Source: Eledone cirrhosa (taxonomy: Eukaryota). From it: a DNA stretch of 64,000 nt. The position numbers were made by a program, and so were the translations under genes. The notes below the pieces were generated by a model that was given only the letters and a program-made list of their open reading frames with translations, did not search any database and was not told the origin of the DNA. This document shows positions 31,749-45,933 of this stretch, piece by piece. The first letter of the stretch is position 1; each line of letters starts with the position of its first letter. The stretch lies in the NCBI GenBank assembly GCA_964016885.1, contig OZ024742.1:82584001-82648000 (forward strand), read 5' to 3'.

Positions 31749-31805
31749 ATCCAATAAACGTAATAAAAGAGTAACCAATCGCCATTATCTTATTTCACTA
31801 TGGCC

Positions 31806-31993
31806 AGTGGATTGGCAGTATCGGTAGAGAGTCGGACGCCATGCTTTGACGCATAGAGTTACGGCCCTTGCCATTCTGAGTTCAAATCCCGCCGAGGTTA
31901 ACTTTGCCTTTCATCCTTATGGGGTCGATAAAATAAAGTACCAGTAATACACTGGGTAGTTGCTGGCCTTGTGCCAAAAGTAGAAACAATTAT
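31806..31993 (+). mobile_element. SINE with apparent target-site duplication
   Basis: SINE unit with attatcttatttcactat repeated on both sides. Confidence 0.9.
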
Positions 31994-32405
31994 CTTATTT
32001 CACTATAATACACTCTGTCAAGCTCTACAACTCGACACTGAAGTGAACCTAAACTTCGAGTGCTCACCCGGGTGAACCCACAGCAATTCCAAGTTACACT
32101 ACTTGGATATATATATATATATATATAAAACATGAGAAGAAAGACGAATACTGCGTGGTTTGCACATGGGTTACATATGATAAAAATAGTCCCTCGTCAG
32201 TGATTTTTCCAACCATCATTAGTATTTCATCGCATTAAAAATCGGATACCTCAGTTGGTGCGAGCAATAACTAAATAAAGTTATTGGGACCAGTAATTCG
32301 CGTAAAGCGAGGGGGACAAGTAAACAACATAGAAGGATAAAAGCAAACCGAAGATAGGAAAATAAACAAGCAACATGGTTGTCCGGTCAGCATAAGCTGA
32401 GTGAA

Positions 32406-33095
32406 TGATGTGCTCAAAGGAGAAGAGACCCTGAGCTCTTTAAAATACAATATGTTGAAAAGGTAACACACCAGAGAGATATACACTGCGTTATCAATAA
32501 TACAGGGAAATATAATATAGCGAGGGCCTATGCCTCCATTAATTTATCGTGATATTTCGCTCCTAATAACAGTCTTTCATACCTCTGTTTGGTTGAGCAC
32601 ACTTCTCTGAGTGGCTTTGGGCTGCCCTTTCTAGCAGTTCGTCCCCCAGAGGCCACTGGTTCACTGCCCTTAAACACGCTGTGACTTCTCTCCCCCACGT
32701 GTAGCTGGACAGTCAATTTAAAAATTCTCTTAGTGTTGTCTGAAATGTATAGCCTTACACACGCTGATGAACCGAGACTAACCCATTTATTTCAACAAAT
32801 TATTGGTGAAACATCTCTTTGGATTTGTACGTGTGTTATATAGTTATAGAGGTATTTATTTACGCTTTAATTTATATTTTTAATTATCGCGTCTATAGTC
32901 TGCCTTTCATAGGTTATAGACTCCATACACTGGTGGTTCTTTTACCTGTATTATTGGTAACGCACTGTATATATCTCTGGTGTGTTACCTTTTCAACATA
33001 TTGTATTTTAAAGAGCTCAGGATCTCTTCTCCTTTGAGCACATTATTTACAGGGAATAGCGAGGGCCTATGCCTCCGTTAATTTATCGTGATATA
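32406..33095. repeat. pLTR-like segment with inverted (32406-32507 / 32943-33045) and direct (32502-32555 / 33049-33095) duplications and a degenerate HHR at ~32763-32817
   Basis: Visible matches; ctgatga-acc...ggt-gaaa-catctc. Confidence 0.55.
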
Positions 33096-33804
33096 TATAT
33101 ATAATATTATATATTTTATTTTGTGATTCTATAGACATGTTTTATGATATATAGCTCTGATTGTTTAATTTATTAATTTTTCATTGAGCCAAAAAGTGAC
33201 CAGTTGCAACACACGTATATGTATGTGTATGTATATATATATATGTAAACTTTTATATGTAATAATCTCCCACTAGGTTGAGATACAAATTTGGCTGTAT
33301 TGTGCTGTGCTTTCTAGCAATAATGCCACCAGTCGTAAGCAACTTCCACACCCCTTCCAACTTGACCGCGACTACGTCACGATTTTTAGCCATTTTGAAA
33401 TAAATTCTTGGCGCGATCGTTTCGGAAAATTTAATGTCTAGATATGAGCGAGCTTCCTGAAGAATCCGGCGCTCGAGTTTATATAATTATTACATAATTA
33501 TTGGAAAACTCAAAACACGGACGAAACCATGGTAGAGGTATTTAAATGTATTCTATGTTCTCCTAGTTTATTTTAAATTTAATTCTGCTTAGTTGACTGT
33601 ATCTAGGCGATTACGATGTCGAAATATTCGATAAATATTCACTACAGCCGAAGCGAAGCGCTAGATTTGATTATTTGTTGGAGATTCATTCATAGAAGCC
33701 TCATTCGTATAGCCTGGTCTATTCGATTTTTTATATAGTTAATTATGCTAATTGGGAGAGGAAATAGTATATATTTTATCTTGTGATTCTATAGACATGT
33801 TTTA

Positions 33805-33895
<91 letters not shown>

Positions 33896-35419
33896 CATAT
33901 ATATCATACATATATAAATATACATACATGCAAGGATTAGTTGTGATGTTGGTCAGATGGTCGTATATACTAGTTGAAAATATTTCAATACATATTTAAA
34001 TGTAGAAGGAGTTTGTCAATGGGAGAGTTAAACTGAGAAAGTTAGAAATACAGAAATATAGTATGTTTTATATATGTGCATTTATAGCCAGATAAATGAG
34101 ATAAAATACTATAAATAAATGGCATAAATAAAAGTTATGCATCAGGAAAATAATATTAAACTGTAAACCGCACTACTTTCAGTTTGATTAAGTGTTATTG
34201 TTAAAACTTGAATATTTATTTTTATTTAAATACAGCCCCATAAGACCTTTTGAATTGTTCCGAGCTCTCATCGGCAAATTGGGTTAGGGATAAATTCACT
34301 CTTCAGATATCTATAGTATATACTTTCACCTAACAGACTCTGTAAACAGACACAACACAATAACTATGTTTTCCGAGCTTTGAAACCCATATTCATGGTC
34401 TAATATTTCTTTCAATAACATTTTGCTGACAACAGAAAGTAGTACTTGAACTGAATATTCCTAGAGACGGAACAGACTATCAAAAACGGAATTATGCCTA
34501 GAAAAATATGTTTATCTGTTAAATTAGAGAACGTGGTTGTACCAATGATAACTATAAAACCAGTGATCACTGTAATATTAGCAAATCGAATTGAATGGTT
34601 ACAATACTATAGCAGAATGAGGAAAATCAGATCAGCAGTAATATACACTATCAAGGAAAAAGTTAGCTGGAAACAGTTTTGTGAAAAAAGGTAAGGAGGA
34701 GTTGAGTGAGTTAGGATTGCTTGTGTTGAGGTGGAAGAAGGCGAACCAAGCAAGACCAGGGGAACAAGGTTTACATTAGTAATGGTAAAATTAAAATAAA
34801 AACAGAGAGAAACAAAACGCTTTTTTGCCTTTATGTTACTATTCATTGTTAGCAGTTTCTGTTTATATAGTTAAGGTTATCCGATTATGTAGAAACAGTG
34901 CCTTTACAATTACTGGAGCAATACTTCATTGTGAACATCACTTAAGCTTTGTAGAAGGCCAGTGGTTGTACAGAATTTAGATTATTTCTGTCCTTCAATA
35001 AGAATGCCAGTATTTGTATTGTAATCGGTATATGTTGAATGTGAGATATAAAACTAATCAGTGAGGGTATTACTTCTCATTCGTAGTAAACTTAAGGTTT
35101 CTTGTTGCATGCTCTTGAAATCTATGGATTTCCCGAGTGCTTGATCGAAAGGGAATTCTATTGAAATTTACAAATATCAAGGTGTTAAATAAAACAATCA
35201 GCCCATGTTTATTATTTCGGTTATATTCATAAGACTAAAGAATGTTCCATGGTGTTGAAACTTTGAAATCACCCCAACTAAAGTGCCATTCGAATTCAAT
35301 CAATACAAACTGGGGATTAAATACACATATATCATAGTTCAACGAAAAAAAGTTTAAATATATGTACGACATTCTAGAAAACTTCAATATATATGGCAAT
35401 CAACAATGGATTATGATGT

Positions 35420-35624
35420 AAGAACAATGCCAATAATTTGTGGGGAAGTAGGGGGTCGAATAAATGGACCTCAGTGAGCTACAGCTACTTTATTTCATCG
35501 ACACCGTAAGGATGTGAGGCAAAACTACTCATAGCGTTATTTTAACTCAGAACGTTGAGAGAGGTAATTCTATGCCGCAATGCATTTTGTCCGACCCTCT
35601 ACCGACACCGCCAATCCACCGCCG
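35420..35624 (-). mobile_element. Diverged SINE
   Basis: Minus strand ggcggtggattggcggtgtcggtagagggtcggaca...ccttacggtgtcgatgaaataaagta. Confidence 0.8.
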
Positions 35625-36164
35625 TTATATACCAATTAACAATGAAATCTTGAATATACATTGAAAATTAATGGGATTTGTGACAGTGTATCCGTATGAC
35701 CGTAGTATAAATTCCAACAAGATACGTGTTTCGACACGCATTCCTTCATATAGCAAGGTATATTTGGAATGTACCAAATGCATAATATTAAAGGCATATT
35801 AAATACATTTTCTTCTGAAAATAATAAAAAATACTTGCCTGATTAATTACATTTAATAATATCGATATGAAGTGAAACATTATAAAATTAATACGCCCAA
35901 AAGTGTTTTATAGGAGTTACTGTTAAATATAGAATGATAATGGTTACTTTATTTAAATATAGAATGATAATGAAATGAAAATATCAGGATATATACAGAA
36001 TACGCACAAGTTAAACACGATAATCCTGATAGCTCTAATCAAGAGGTCCTTTATGCACACATGTAAAATCTCACTCTCATATATATTTTCATATATGTCT
36101 TCACAAGTACATACGTTTGCAGGTCTCTCTTTCTCTTTCTCTCTCTCCCCTCTCTCTCTCCCCC

Positions 36165-36258
<94 letters not shown>

Positions 36259-37151
36259 CATATATATATGTGTGTGTGTGTGTGTGTTTGTATGTATGTG
36301 TATGAGTTGGTGTATGTGTTTGCGTGTTTGTATATGCATGTATCTTTGAGTATATGTATGTATTATTCATTTATGTGTGTGTAAAATGTAACTATTGGAT
36401 ATTATTTGCGAAAATTAATAGCAGACTGAAAACAGAGAGAAAATTAAAAACATTATAAATATCAACAATTATAAAATAATTGCATATTTCTGCTAATTTA
36501 GCACGATTTTAATCGGAATATATCAATACTTGTATCGTTTATGGTTATTTTTATTTTATTTTAATGTTTGCTTTTTATGATTTGTCTTAATGTTCAATCA
36601 ATGTCGATGATAACACCCTTTAAGTTTAAATCTAAGTGCAATAAAAGGATGATAAATTGGTAACCTCAAAGTTAGCTTCCAGTTAATATTCGCATTATCT
36701 CTATTAATTTATGCTTTACACAGATAATCGGGGTGTTTTTATGAACTCACACACTTTATACTCACATACTAAAACGTCTAAATAGAAAATAGCACATATT
36801 AAATATATACATATAATATATATATATATATATATAACCAAATGTTAATAAGGTTCATTGATTACTCAATGAATATAGTTTTACAATAGATTAAAAGCAC
36901 TCAAAAAAGAAGTTTTCTGGAGTTATAAATATTATTCAAAATATTAATAAATGAAGACGTTCATATAATCAAAATATATGTTTATTATATGTATTTCGGA
37001 GATACTGTGCTGTTTTTTTCAGTAAGTCCTCATAAGATAAAATATATGAATTGATGTATGACATACCTCAACTCTCTTGATGGTTCATCAAGATCTCATA
37101 AATATATATAATAAAACATATATTTTGAATAATATATATATATATATATTA

Positions 37152-37582
37152 GGATTGGTGCTCTGAAATCGCGATGTATACATGAATGTATGCATAGTAT
37201 GTTTGGCAATATACCGTTTTGAAGACCTTACGCTATCATTTTAAAGTAGTGACTATATCACTTATTTCTTTTCCGCGAAAGAAGGCTGAGAAGCTAACAG
37301 TCTGTTTCATGCTGTTTGACAATCAACAGAGCTACGCACTGCCCTCTTCCGCCGAAAATTATAAAAGCTGGATTCTTATAGAATTCCAGTAATAATCAGG
37401 AGCTGATTATACTGAGCGATTGCCGGGCCAGCAACATTTAAGTAGTATGATTGGTGCTCTGAAATAGCGATGTATACATGAATGTATGCATAGTATATTT
37501 GGGAATATACTGTATGTTTAATTAAAACCATGTTGAAGACCTTACGCTATCATTTTAAAGTAGTGACTATGTCACTTACTTC
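37152..37582 (-). repeat. Partial tandem (296-bp period), older relative of the 318-bp retrozyme-like family; HHR at 37292-37333 with C3:G8 core
   Basis: ttggtgctctgaaat at 37155 and 37451; shares ggattcttatagaattccagtaataatcagga with 39830-40622; minus strand agct-ctgttga...gaaa-cagactg-tt-agct. Confidence 0.7.
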
Positions 37583-37774
37583 ATATATATATAGTAATAA
37601 TAATACATTTGAAGACTAAAATCCAATGAGGGCTCGATAAGGATAAATATATATCAAATATATAAGAACCGTAGAGCAAATATTTATTTTAATAACAGAT
37701 TAAACTCAGAAGCGTTTCAGTGGATCGCGTTAAGGGTGAAAGCAGCGATTCTTTGCTTAAACTTTAATCTGTTA

Positions 37775-37999
<225 letters not shown>

Positions 38000-39549
38000 T
38001 TCGTTGTAGTCGTGTCCTTCTGTTTCCCTCCATGGGATTATTTTGCTCAATTTTCTAGCCATGCAAAGCAGTTTCTCCACCCGAGTTTCTTACATATTCT
38101 CTATCTCTCCCGATTATCTTTTTCTTCAGCCTTCCTCTATTACTGACTCTATATCTATCTATCCTTTTTTCTGTCTCACCCCCCCCCCTCGTTTTCTCCC
38201 TCTCTCTTACTGTATATATATATATATACATATACATATATGCTCAATACATGTATTACTCAGAGAGTTGACTTAAAAACCATATAAAAAAAAGGAAATT
38301 AAAAAAATGAAAATGGGAAGCGGTAACGAAGGACATATCTGACTATGGGAAAGAAGAAGAATGGACTATAAATGCCATAAATGTGAGGAAATGGGAGCGG
38401 GAGGTGGAAACGGCGATGGTTTCTAAGCCTAGAACGGAGCCGTTTTTGAGCTGCGCCTCCTGGACAGTTGATGTTTCTATTTTGTGGAAGAGCTCGGAAT
38501 TACAGGGTCCGAGACGTCTCAGGTCTCTACGGAGAAAAGTGCGGACAGAAAATGGCCGGACAATACCCGGTATTTGATTGTCTTTCTCTCCTCAGCATTG
38601 CAGGGCGCAGTATCCTAAATTATTGCCGAAACGACTTTGATGGAAGCGGGTCACGTATCACAATATTTGGTGTCCCAGATGTGAGATATGCCTCCTTCGA
38701 AAAGGGAGAGAGTCATTCCGTTAGGGCGCCATCCGAGATGGCCTGCAATGCGAGGGGAAGCCAGCTGCATCAATGCTCTTTCTCAATATGTCGTTGAGAG
38801 TGGCATGTCGTGGGAACTGACCTACCGTCTGTCATCAGGAATGTGGATGCAGGCCAAACGACGTGCTTGCCAACGACAGCCCTACAACTGCATTTTTGGC
38901 TCATACATGCAGAGGTAGGGGCAATGGGCCACTCCTATGTGAGTGTACTCGGCATCAACAAGGGTACCAGTTTATGAGGACACAGCACCGAATTTAGTCA
39001 GACATTGCTGGTTGTCTGAGAATCGGATTGGAGAGAGGCGAGGCGGTGTTGGTCCAAGGCATTCTCGATCCGTCTGAAGGAAGAACATTCACTTGATGTC
39101 TTCCATAAATATATATATAAAGAAAGAATGGGAACATCGCGAAAGTATATTTAAAGATTATTTTTTTTATTTTATCCGACAAGTTCTATTTTGTGATGTA
39201 ATACATCTCATCAGTAATAAGTACTATTTAAAAATTAACTAAAAATTAAAAATTAAAAATGAATTAAAAATTAAAGATCACCTCGAAATATGAACAGACC
39301 TTCAACACTTCATTTTTGATTTTTCAATTTTAAATTAAATATTTGATATTACATAAGATGACTTACATCAAAACCGGCAATATGTTTTTATATTTAATAA
39401 AACCTTTCGTTTAAAGATTTTTCTCTTTTTTTTTTAAAATAAATGTCGGATTAAAGAAAAAAAGATTCTTTAAATAAACATCTGTGCTGTGTAAATTATA
39501 ACTTGTTTTCTATAACTTTTGTCTTGTATAGAACCTTACATTCTTTCAT

Positions 39550-39592
<43 letters not shown>

Positions 39593-39597
39593 CTCTA

Positions 39598-39660
<63 letters not shown>

Positions 39661-39664
<4 letters not shown>

Positions 39665-39790
39665 CGAAGGAGTTGTGGTAAGGAACCAGATGGACCATAA
39701 CGCACCTGAGTACTCAATAATAAGGGTAGTAGAGTGGGTAATAGGAAAATGTATGACCCCCGACGGCAGAACTCAAGCCGTTTCGACAGC
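39661..39790 (-). repeat. Family A pLTR fragment
   Basis: Reverse complement of 1-102, extended through gtcgaaacggcttgagttctgccgtc. Confidence 0.75.
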
Positions 39791-40282
39791 TATATATATA
39801 TACATATATATATATACGAATGTATATATACATATATGAATGTATATATAGTGTATTTTGCAATACACTGTATGCTTAATTAAAAGCATTTTGAAGAACA
39901 TACGCTATTGTTTTAAAGTGGTGACAGTGGCACTTACTTAGATTTCCAGCAAACAGGAGAGATAGGCTGACAGAGCTCTGTTTCGTACTTGTTGGTACTT
40001 ATCAAACCTCATTACTCTCGTTGTTTGCTGAAAATTATGTGTATTGGATTCTTATAGAATTCCAGTAATAATCAGGAACTGATTATACTGAGCGGTCGCC
40101 GTTCGAGCAGAAATTGAAAATTAGAATTGGTGCTCTGAAATAGCGATATATATATGAATGTATATATAGTGTATTTTGTAAAACACTGTATGCTTAATTA
40201 AAAGCATTATGAAGACCATACGCTATTGTTTTAAAGTAGTGACAGTGTCACTTACTTAAATTTTCATCAAACAGAGGGGATA

Positions 40283-40327
40283 AGCTGACAGAGCTCTGTT
40301 TCGTACTTGTTGGTACTTATCAAAGCT
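40283..40327 (-). ncRNA. Type I HHR, U3:A8 variant (second copy 39965-40009)
   Basis: Minus strand agct-ttgataa-gtac-caacaa-gtac-gaaa-cagagctctg-tc-agct. Confidence 0.85.
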
Positions 40328-40561
40328 CACTACTCTGCCTGTTTGATGAAAATTATGTGTGTTGGATTCTTATAGAATTCCAGTAATAATCAGGAACTGA
40401 TTATACATAGCAAACAGGGGAGATAAGCTATTTCAGAGCCCCAATTCTAATTTTCAATTTTTGCTGGACCGGCGACCACTCTGTATAATCAGTTCCTGGT
40501 TATTACTGGAATTCTATAAGGATCTAACACACATAATGTTCAGCAAACAGGGAGAGTAGTG

Positions 40562-40606
40562 AGCTTTGATAAGTACGAACAAGTACGAAACAGAGCTCTG
40601 TCAGCT
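40562..40606 (+). ncRNA. Type I HHR, U3:A8 variant
   Basis: agct-ttgataa-gtac-gaacaa-gtac-gaaa-cagagctctg-tc-agct. Confidence 0.85.
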
Positions 40607-40813
40607 TATCTCCCATGTTTGCGTGGGAGGGAGAGTACTATTAGATGTGGTAGGGCTGTGGTGGTTAGATGTGGTGCGTGTGGACGCGGTGGCCAGGACA
40701 GCAGTGGGGTTAGATTCAATCGGAGTGGAACGCGTATGTAAAAGTATTATTATTGTCACAGCTGCAGTTTTTACAGCAGACAGTGCCCAAAAGTAGTCGG
40801 GAATATGTTCCTC

Positions 40814-40980
<167 letters not shown>

Positions 40981-41430
40981 CTATGTGGTTACCCCCGATT
41001 GGACCCGGGATAAACTTATATATATATATATATATTTATATACATGAATGTGTGCCTACTATCACAAATATATATTGATAATATATATTCAGAAAGAGAA
41101 AGGGGTACAGGCGATGAGTAGGAAAGAGAAAAAGTCATTAATTGATGTGAATGTACGTAGAGAGACAGCTATCTTAAATATCTATATCATGGTATGACGC
41201 ATTTCTCATGTGACGTCGTCTGTATCGTTAGTAGACAAACAATAATCAATAGTGAATTGATCGGTTCATAATAGGTCATTATTATTGTTTCTCTTAGATC
41301 TCCCAAACATAATGTGTATACATGATGACTGATATATTTTTTGGTATTATACAACTAAAAATTTGCACCGATTATGAATTATATTTGCAGTTTTCTTTTT
41401 CTAATATTACGTTTGTTTCATTCAGACCAA

Positions 41431-41433
41431 TTT

Positions 41434-41500
<67 letters not shown>

Positions 41501-41524
41501 CTTATTATTATTATTATTATTATT
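41431..41524. repeat. (TTTA)n/(TTA)n microsatellite
   Basis: Direct reading. Confidence 0.95.
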
Positions 41525-41739
41525 GTGGAAGTATACATGTCGCAGAAAATCTTGTTCCCGTAAGTTTGTGATTTTTGAACATTTTGTATCGCGAACTTAT
41601 TGTAAAAATGTATATTGTTTTGGGTTTAAACACACCCCGCTTCCCTTGGGGTGATCAAAATTAATGACTATTTAGCCCTTCGGGCTAAATTCCAATTTTA
41701 ACTTTACATTTAGCAAATACGCTACAAAAAAAAAGAAAA

Positions 41740-44700
41740 ATGGCGTCATTCAAAAAATATGTTTCTCTACCATGTCTCCACAGAAAAATTACTCCTTCAG
41801 CAAGGTATCCTTCTTAACCTTGTCTTTCTTCACCCAGCTGTCAGCTCGGAGTCTCGCTTTCCCATTCGTCTTCTTCATCGTCATATAGTGAAAGTCAGGC
41901 AAATGCCATTTCATTCTCTTCATCAAGCGGCGGTTGAAAAGCGGCTGCTGCTGCTGATGCATTTGACAACAAAGGACGTAGCAGCATCATCGGCAGTATT
42001 AACAATAACACCTGTGTTAGCAGTAGCAGCAGCAGCAACACCAACAACTCCGTTTGTAGCAATAGCAAAAACAACAGCACCAACAACAAGAACAGTAGCA
42101 GCAGTAGCGGCGGCAACAATGATGCCACTGAAAAAGGGACCATCTCTTTTGCAAAGGTAGCTCGCAACGTAGAAATATTCATGATCACAGAGGAGCAGAT
42201 GGCGGTCGCAAGACACATGGTAACCAGAACAGAAATTTCAGTGTCCTTGAAACCACCAACCGACTTCCTGGAAGGACAAGAGAGACGCAAATTGTCATAC
42301 CGCATGATTGCCACGAAATAGCGTCATGTGTAGAGAGCCTTGGAGGCCCAAATCCAGAAGGCCTAAAGTGCTTCAACTGTGGATCGAAGTCTCACCTCAG
42401 GGCCATTTGCCCACACAAAATAACAAAGGTGAAGGTCCCCCTCCTTCTAACGCCAGAACCGTTGCCCTCAGAAACAGAGCAGTCAGCGAAAAAGTCGGGA
42501 GCTTCTATAGAGAGTAGGAAGACAACGTCCGTGGCACCCACACCAAAGCGATGGACAACAAAAACAACGAACATGGAGTATGAAGCGGCTGAGGAATAAA
42601 AAAACGGTTGTCAACAAAAAGAACAAACGCAAAAACACAACAGCTGCTCCCTCCAAGAGCGAAGGCAAAGAAAGAAGAGACTTTCAGCAACACCACCACC
42701 ATCACCATCACCCCACCTAAAAAGTACACAGCCAAAAATATCACACACAAAGGATTAGTAAAACATATAAAACAACACACAGACATTAACGACTCAAATT
42801 ACTACACCACACCAACGCAGTTGGAGATTTCAGGGGATCACTCTCCAAAAGAATATATACCGATATCATCTTGGAGACACCCACACGATCAAGGTAAGTG
42901 ATCCTTTCTATCTTACCCCGTTTCGTCATCCAGCATGGCCGTACTTAGAATACGCAGTATAAACGTACGTGTCTGGGGTCATCTTGGAAGCAGGGTCACC
43001 TGCAGAACGACCTCAGGTCACTAAACATAGATTTGGTGGCCATCAGCGAGACGAGAATCTCCGAAGCACGAGCCTTCGCACCGACCTTCGGCGGCTACGA
43101 TGTATAAGCATCTTCCAGTCCTCCGGGATCGGGTGGAGGAGTTGTGCTTTTACGGAGAGGTTTGGATCTCGCCACACGGGCCATCTTCCTGGACCCAGAA
43201 AGTAAGTCGGTGGTGCTGGACGTGACCGGCAGCGAAGGCAATGCTTTCAGACTAGTAGCCGTCTACGCCCCAACAGGGGCAGGACGACCAGATTTCTTCA
43301 GACGTCTAGAGACCTTTCTTGGACCTCCCACTCTCTAGTGTTAGTAGGCGACTGGAACAGTATCTTAGATGCACGCTGGCTTTATGTGGGGTTAGTGGAC
43401 AGAGGAGGAGGGTGAAAAAGCCTCAACCACCTGCTCAGCCGTTTTGAACAGCCTGGCAGATATTGACTGGATTATCCGAATGTGCCAATGTGGACATGGG
43501 CAAACCGCATCGGGTCATCCAGATCGTATTTAGATAGAGTATTATGTATGGAAATACATAAGGCTAGTGTAGCTTGTCCATAATTTAAAGTAGTCAACTA
43601 CATGGGCCGCAAATTTGTGATCTGTGAAGTTGATTTAGATAGACTCCATAGGCAAGTGGCCGGCTATTGGAAGCTGAACGCGTCGTTCCCGGCGCGCAAA
43701 GCTTACACAGACCGGATTAGCGAATTAGTTGGCGGACCAAATCGGAGTATGGACTTCGGCGCATACCTCGACGGACTGCCGCAGCTCTCGACGACCACAG
43801 CGCAGTGCTGGGAAAAGACTATAATAGCAGGTGAAATAAGGGAAGCGATGTCTGACTGCAGGAGGGATAAATCGCTAGGTTTTGATGGTCTGCCCTACGA
43901 GCTTTATGCGTATATGCCAGAATCGTTCGGCGACCTCTTGGCAGATGTCTACTGCAAATGGCAGCAGAACGGGAGCATTTCCCGTTTTGTGAGCCGGGGT
44001 CAGTGGTGCTGCTGAGAAAAGACCCGAACAAGGGGGACGCTATAGACAACTTCAGGCCCATAACTCTGCTAAACGCAGATTTCAAGATATGGCCAGGGTG
44101 TTAGCAAAGAGATTGGCGCATGTCGTCGGTGGTCTGGTGTGAGATGCGCAGATATGCACCATTCTGGACAGATCCATCCACGACAACCTCCATCTCATGC
44201 GATACATCATAGAGAGAGTGGTGCTCTCATCAACTTGGACCAATCTAAAGCATTTGATAGGTTCGACTATCGGTACCGGGCTGTGGTTTTCGAGGCGGCC
44301 GGCTTCCGGCTCGTTTTAGGTGCTGGATGACTGCGATGCACAGCAACATCTGCTCGAGGTGAGGCTGAATTGTCACCTGTCGCAGCCGTTGATCATCATA
44401 CGCTCGGTCCGCCATGGTTGTCCCCTCTCATCCCTCTTGTACGTACTGACACTCGAGCCATTACTGTACAAATTGGAGACCATGATGGTGGAGGGGGCTC
44501 GCGAAACGGGATGCGGGAGATCCATGTTGGTTCACGCCGATGTCGTCACCGTGGTAGTGTCGAGCATCAAACACGCCCAGGTGCTCGGCACCGCTCTCAA
44601 GGAGCAAAGAAAAAACAGTAAAAGTCGGTGGACTTGCAACTCGGAACCTGGAGAGGAAAGTCCAAGCAGTCCGACAGCATCGTGGGATGCCGGACCGAAC

Positions 44701-45933
44701 TACAGGTTAAATTGCTCGGGGTCTGGTTCGGTCCGGGCCTCCAGATTGAGAAAAAATGGAGCGAGGTGACGAGCAGGGTGGCTTCTCTCACCCAGAAATG
44801 GGCCGAGAGGAGGCTGTCTCTGAAATGTCCGGGTAAGGTGGCAAATGCGTACATCGCGTCTGTCATCTGCTACCGCCTGGCCGTCGTACCTTGCCCCACC
44901 CAACTCTCACCAAAATGGAGCGTCTACTCTTTCGCTTTTCGTGGAAAGGACGTGCTCCCATGGTCAGACGATCCTTCTGCTGTCAGCACCTGTTGCGTGG
45001 AGGACTGGGCATGCCGTGGTTGATGATGCGCAAACATGCGCTGAGGCTGCGACATATCTGGTGCTTCCTTGACGGTGAACAGGTGTCGTCGCCGTTTGGC
45101 GGACACGCTTTTCCCGAGCTCGTCTCGTTGACGGAGCTGCAGTTCTGGATCACGGAAAGACCGAGGGATAGCGCTTAAAAGCTGGAATGTCTCCAAGCGC
45201 TAACCGCACTCTACCAGCTGGGCACTGATATCGGTGGAACATCCAGCTCGAGCCTGTCCGAGATGCGCGCAGGACGACGAAACCGTCCTGCACGCACTCC
45301 TTCAGTGCCCGAGGATTGCTGACTTGTGGAGCTATGTCGAACAGTTGCTGTCGCGTGTAGGACGGATCCGGTTATCGACTGAGTCCATTGTTCAGATAGC
45401 CCCGCCATCCTCCTTTAAAGAGGAGGAAGGGCAGGCAGCTTTCATCTTCCTGTTAGCCATGGCAAAAGAGATTGTGTGGTAGACAAGGTTGAAAGGGTTA
45501 AAGACGGACACTTTCCTCTCCGGCCAATCCCTGATTAACTTTTTCAAGTTTCACCTGAAGAGGAGAATCAGTGTTGAGAGGCAAGTGCTGTCTTCTAGTA
45601 AGTTTGTTGAAAGTGGCGAGTCTGGTCCGAGTGAACGGTCCCGCTCTTAGTATGCGCCTGTAGACTGAGGCGTGGGAAAATTGAGAGAGAGAGTTTGCCC
45701 TGGTGGTCAGGGTGGCCGTGGTCTTTTGTGAGGTTTTCGCCACGAGTGATCCCCGGAGGCTTCCCCCGTTTGGGGGAATTTTTGTTGTTTGAAATGTTTT
45801 AATTTGTTTTTACGCGTTTCTGTCTTGTTATAACATTTTTACATGGCCAAAATCCACTTTGTATCGTCCTGTGCCGTCTGTAATGTTTTTCTTCATGTTA
45901 GCCCTTGTGGCCAATAAAGAAACCATTATTATT
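41740..45933 (+). mobile_element. Near full-length decayed Tx1/L1-type LINE (ORF1 with CCHC knuckle; ORF2 APE-RT-zinc finger)
   Basis: CFNCGSKSHLRAIC at 42369-42410; ORF2 from 42935 SINVR, LVAVYAP, LVGDWNSILD, SYLDRV, GFDGLPYELY, NFRPITLLNADFKI, NLDQSKAFDR, SVRHGCPLSSLLYVLTLEPL, KLLGVWF, CPRC..ETVLHALLQC; tail aataaagaaacc(att)3. Confidence 0.9.

Larger units (their letters stand above)
39830..40622. repeat. Tandem repeat, 318-bp period (~1.8 copies) plus inverted partial copy, one HHR per copy (retrozyme-like)
   Basis: HHR GUC sites at 39969-39971 and 40287-40289 (minus); 40427-40622 is inverted. Confidence 0.9.

Noticed and set aside
38380-39100. GC-richer island, possibly a Tx1-like 3' remnant or an exon
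   Set aside because: Only faint resemblance (CINALSQY..WELTYRL) to the LINE zinc-finger region; not enough to call
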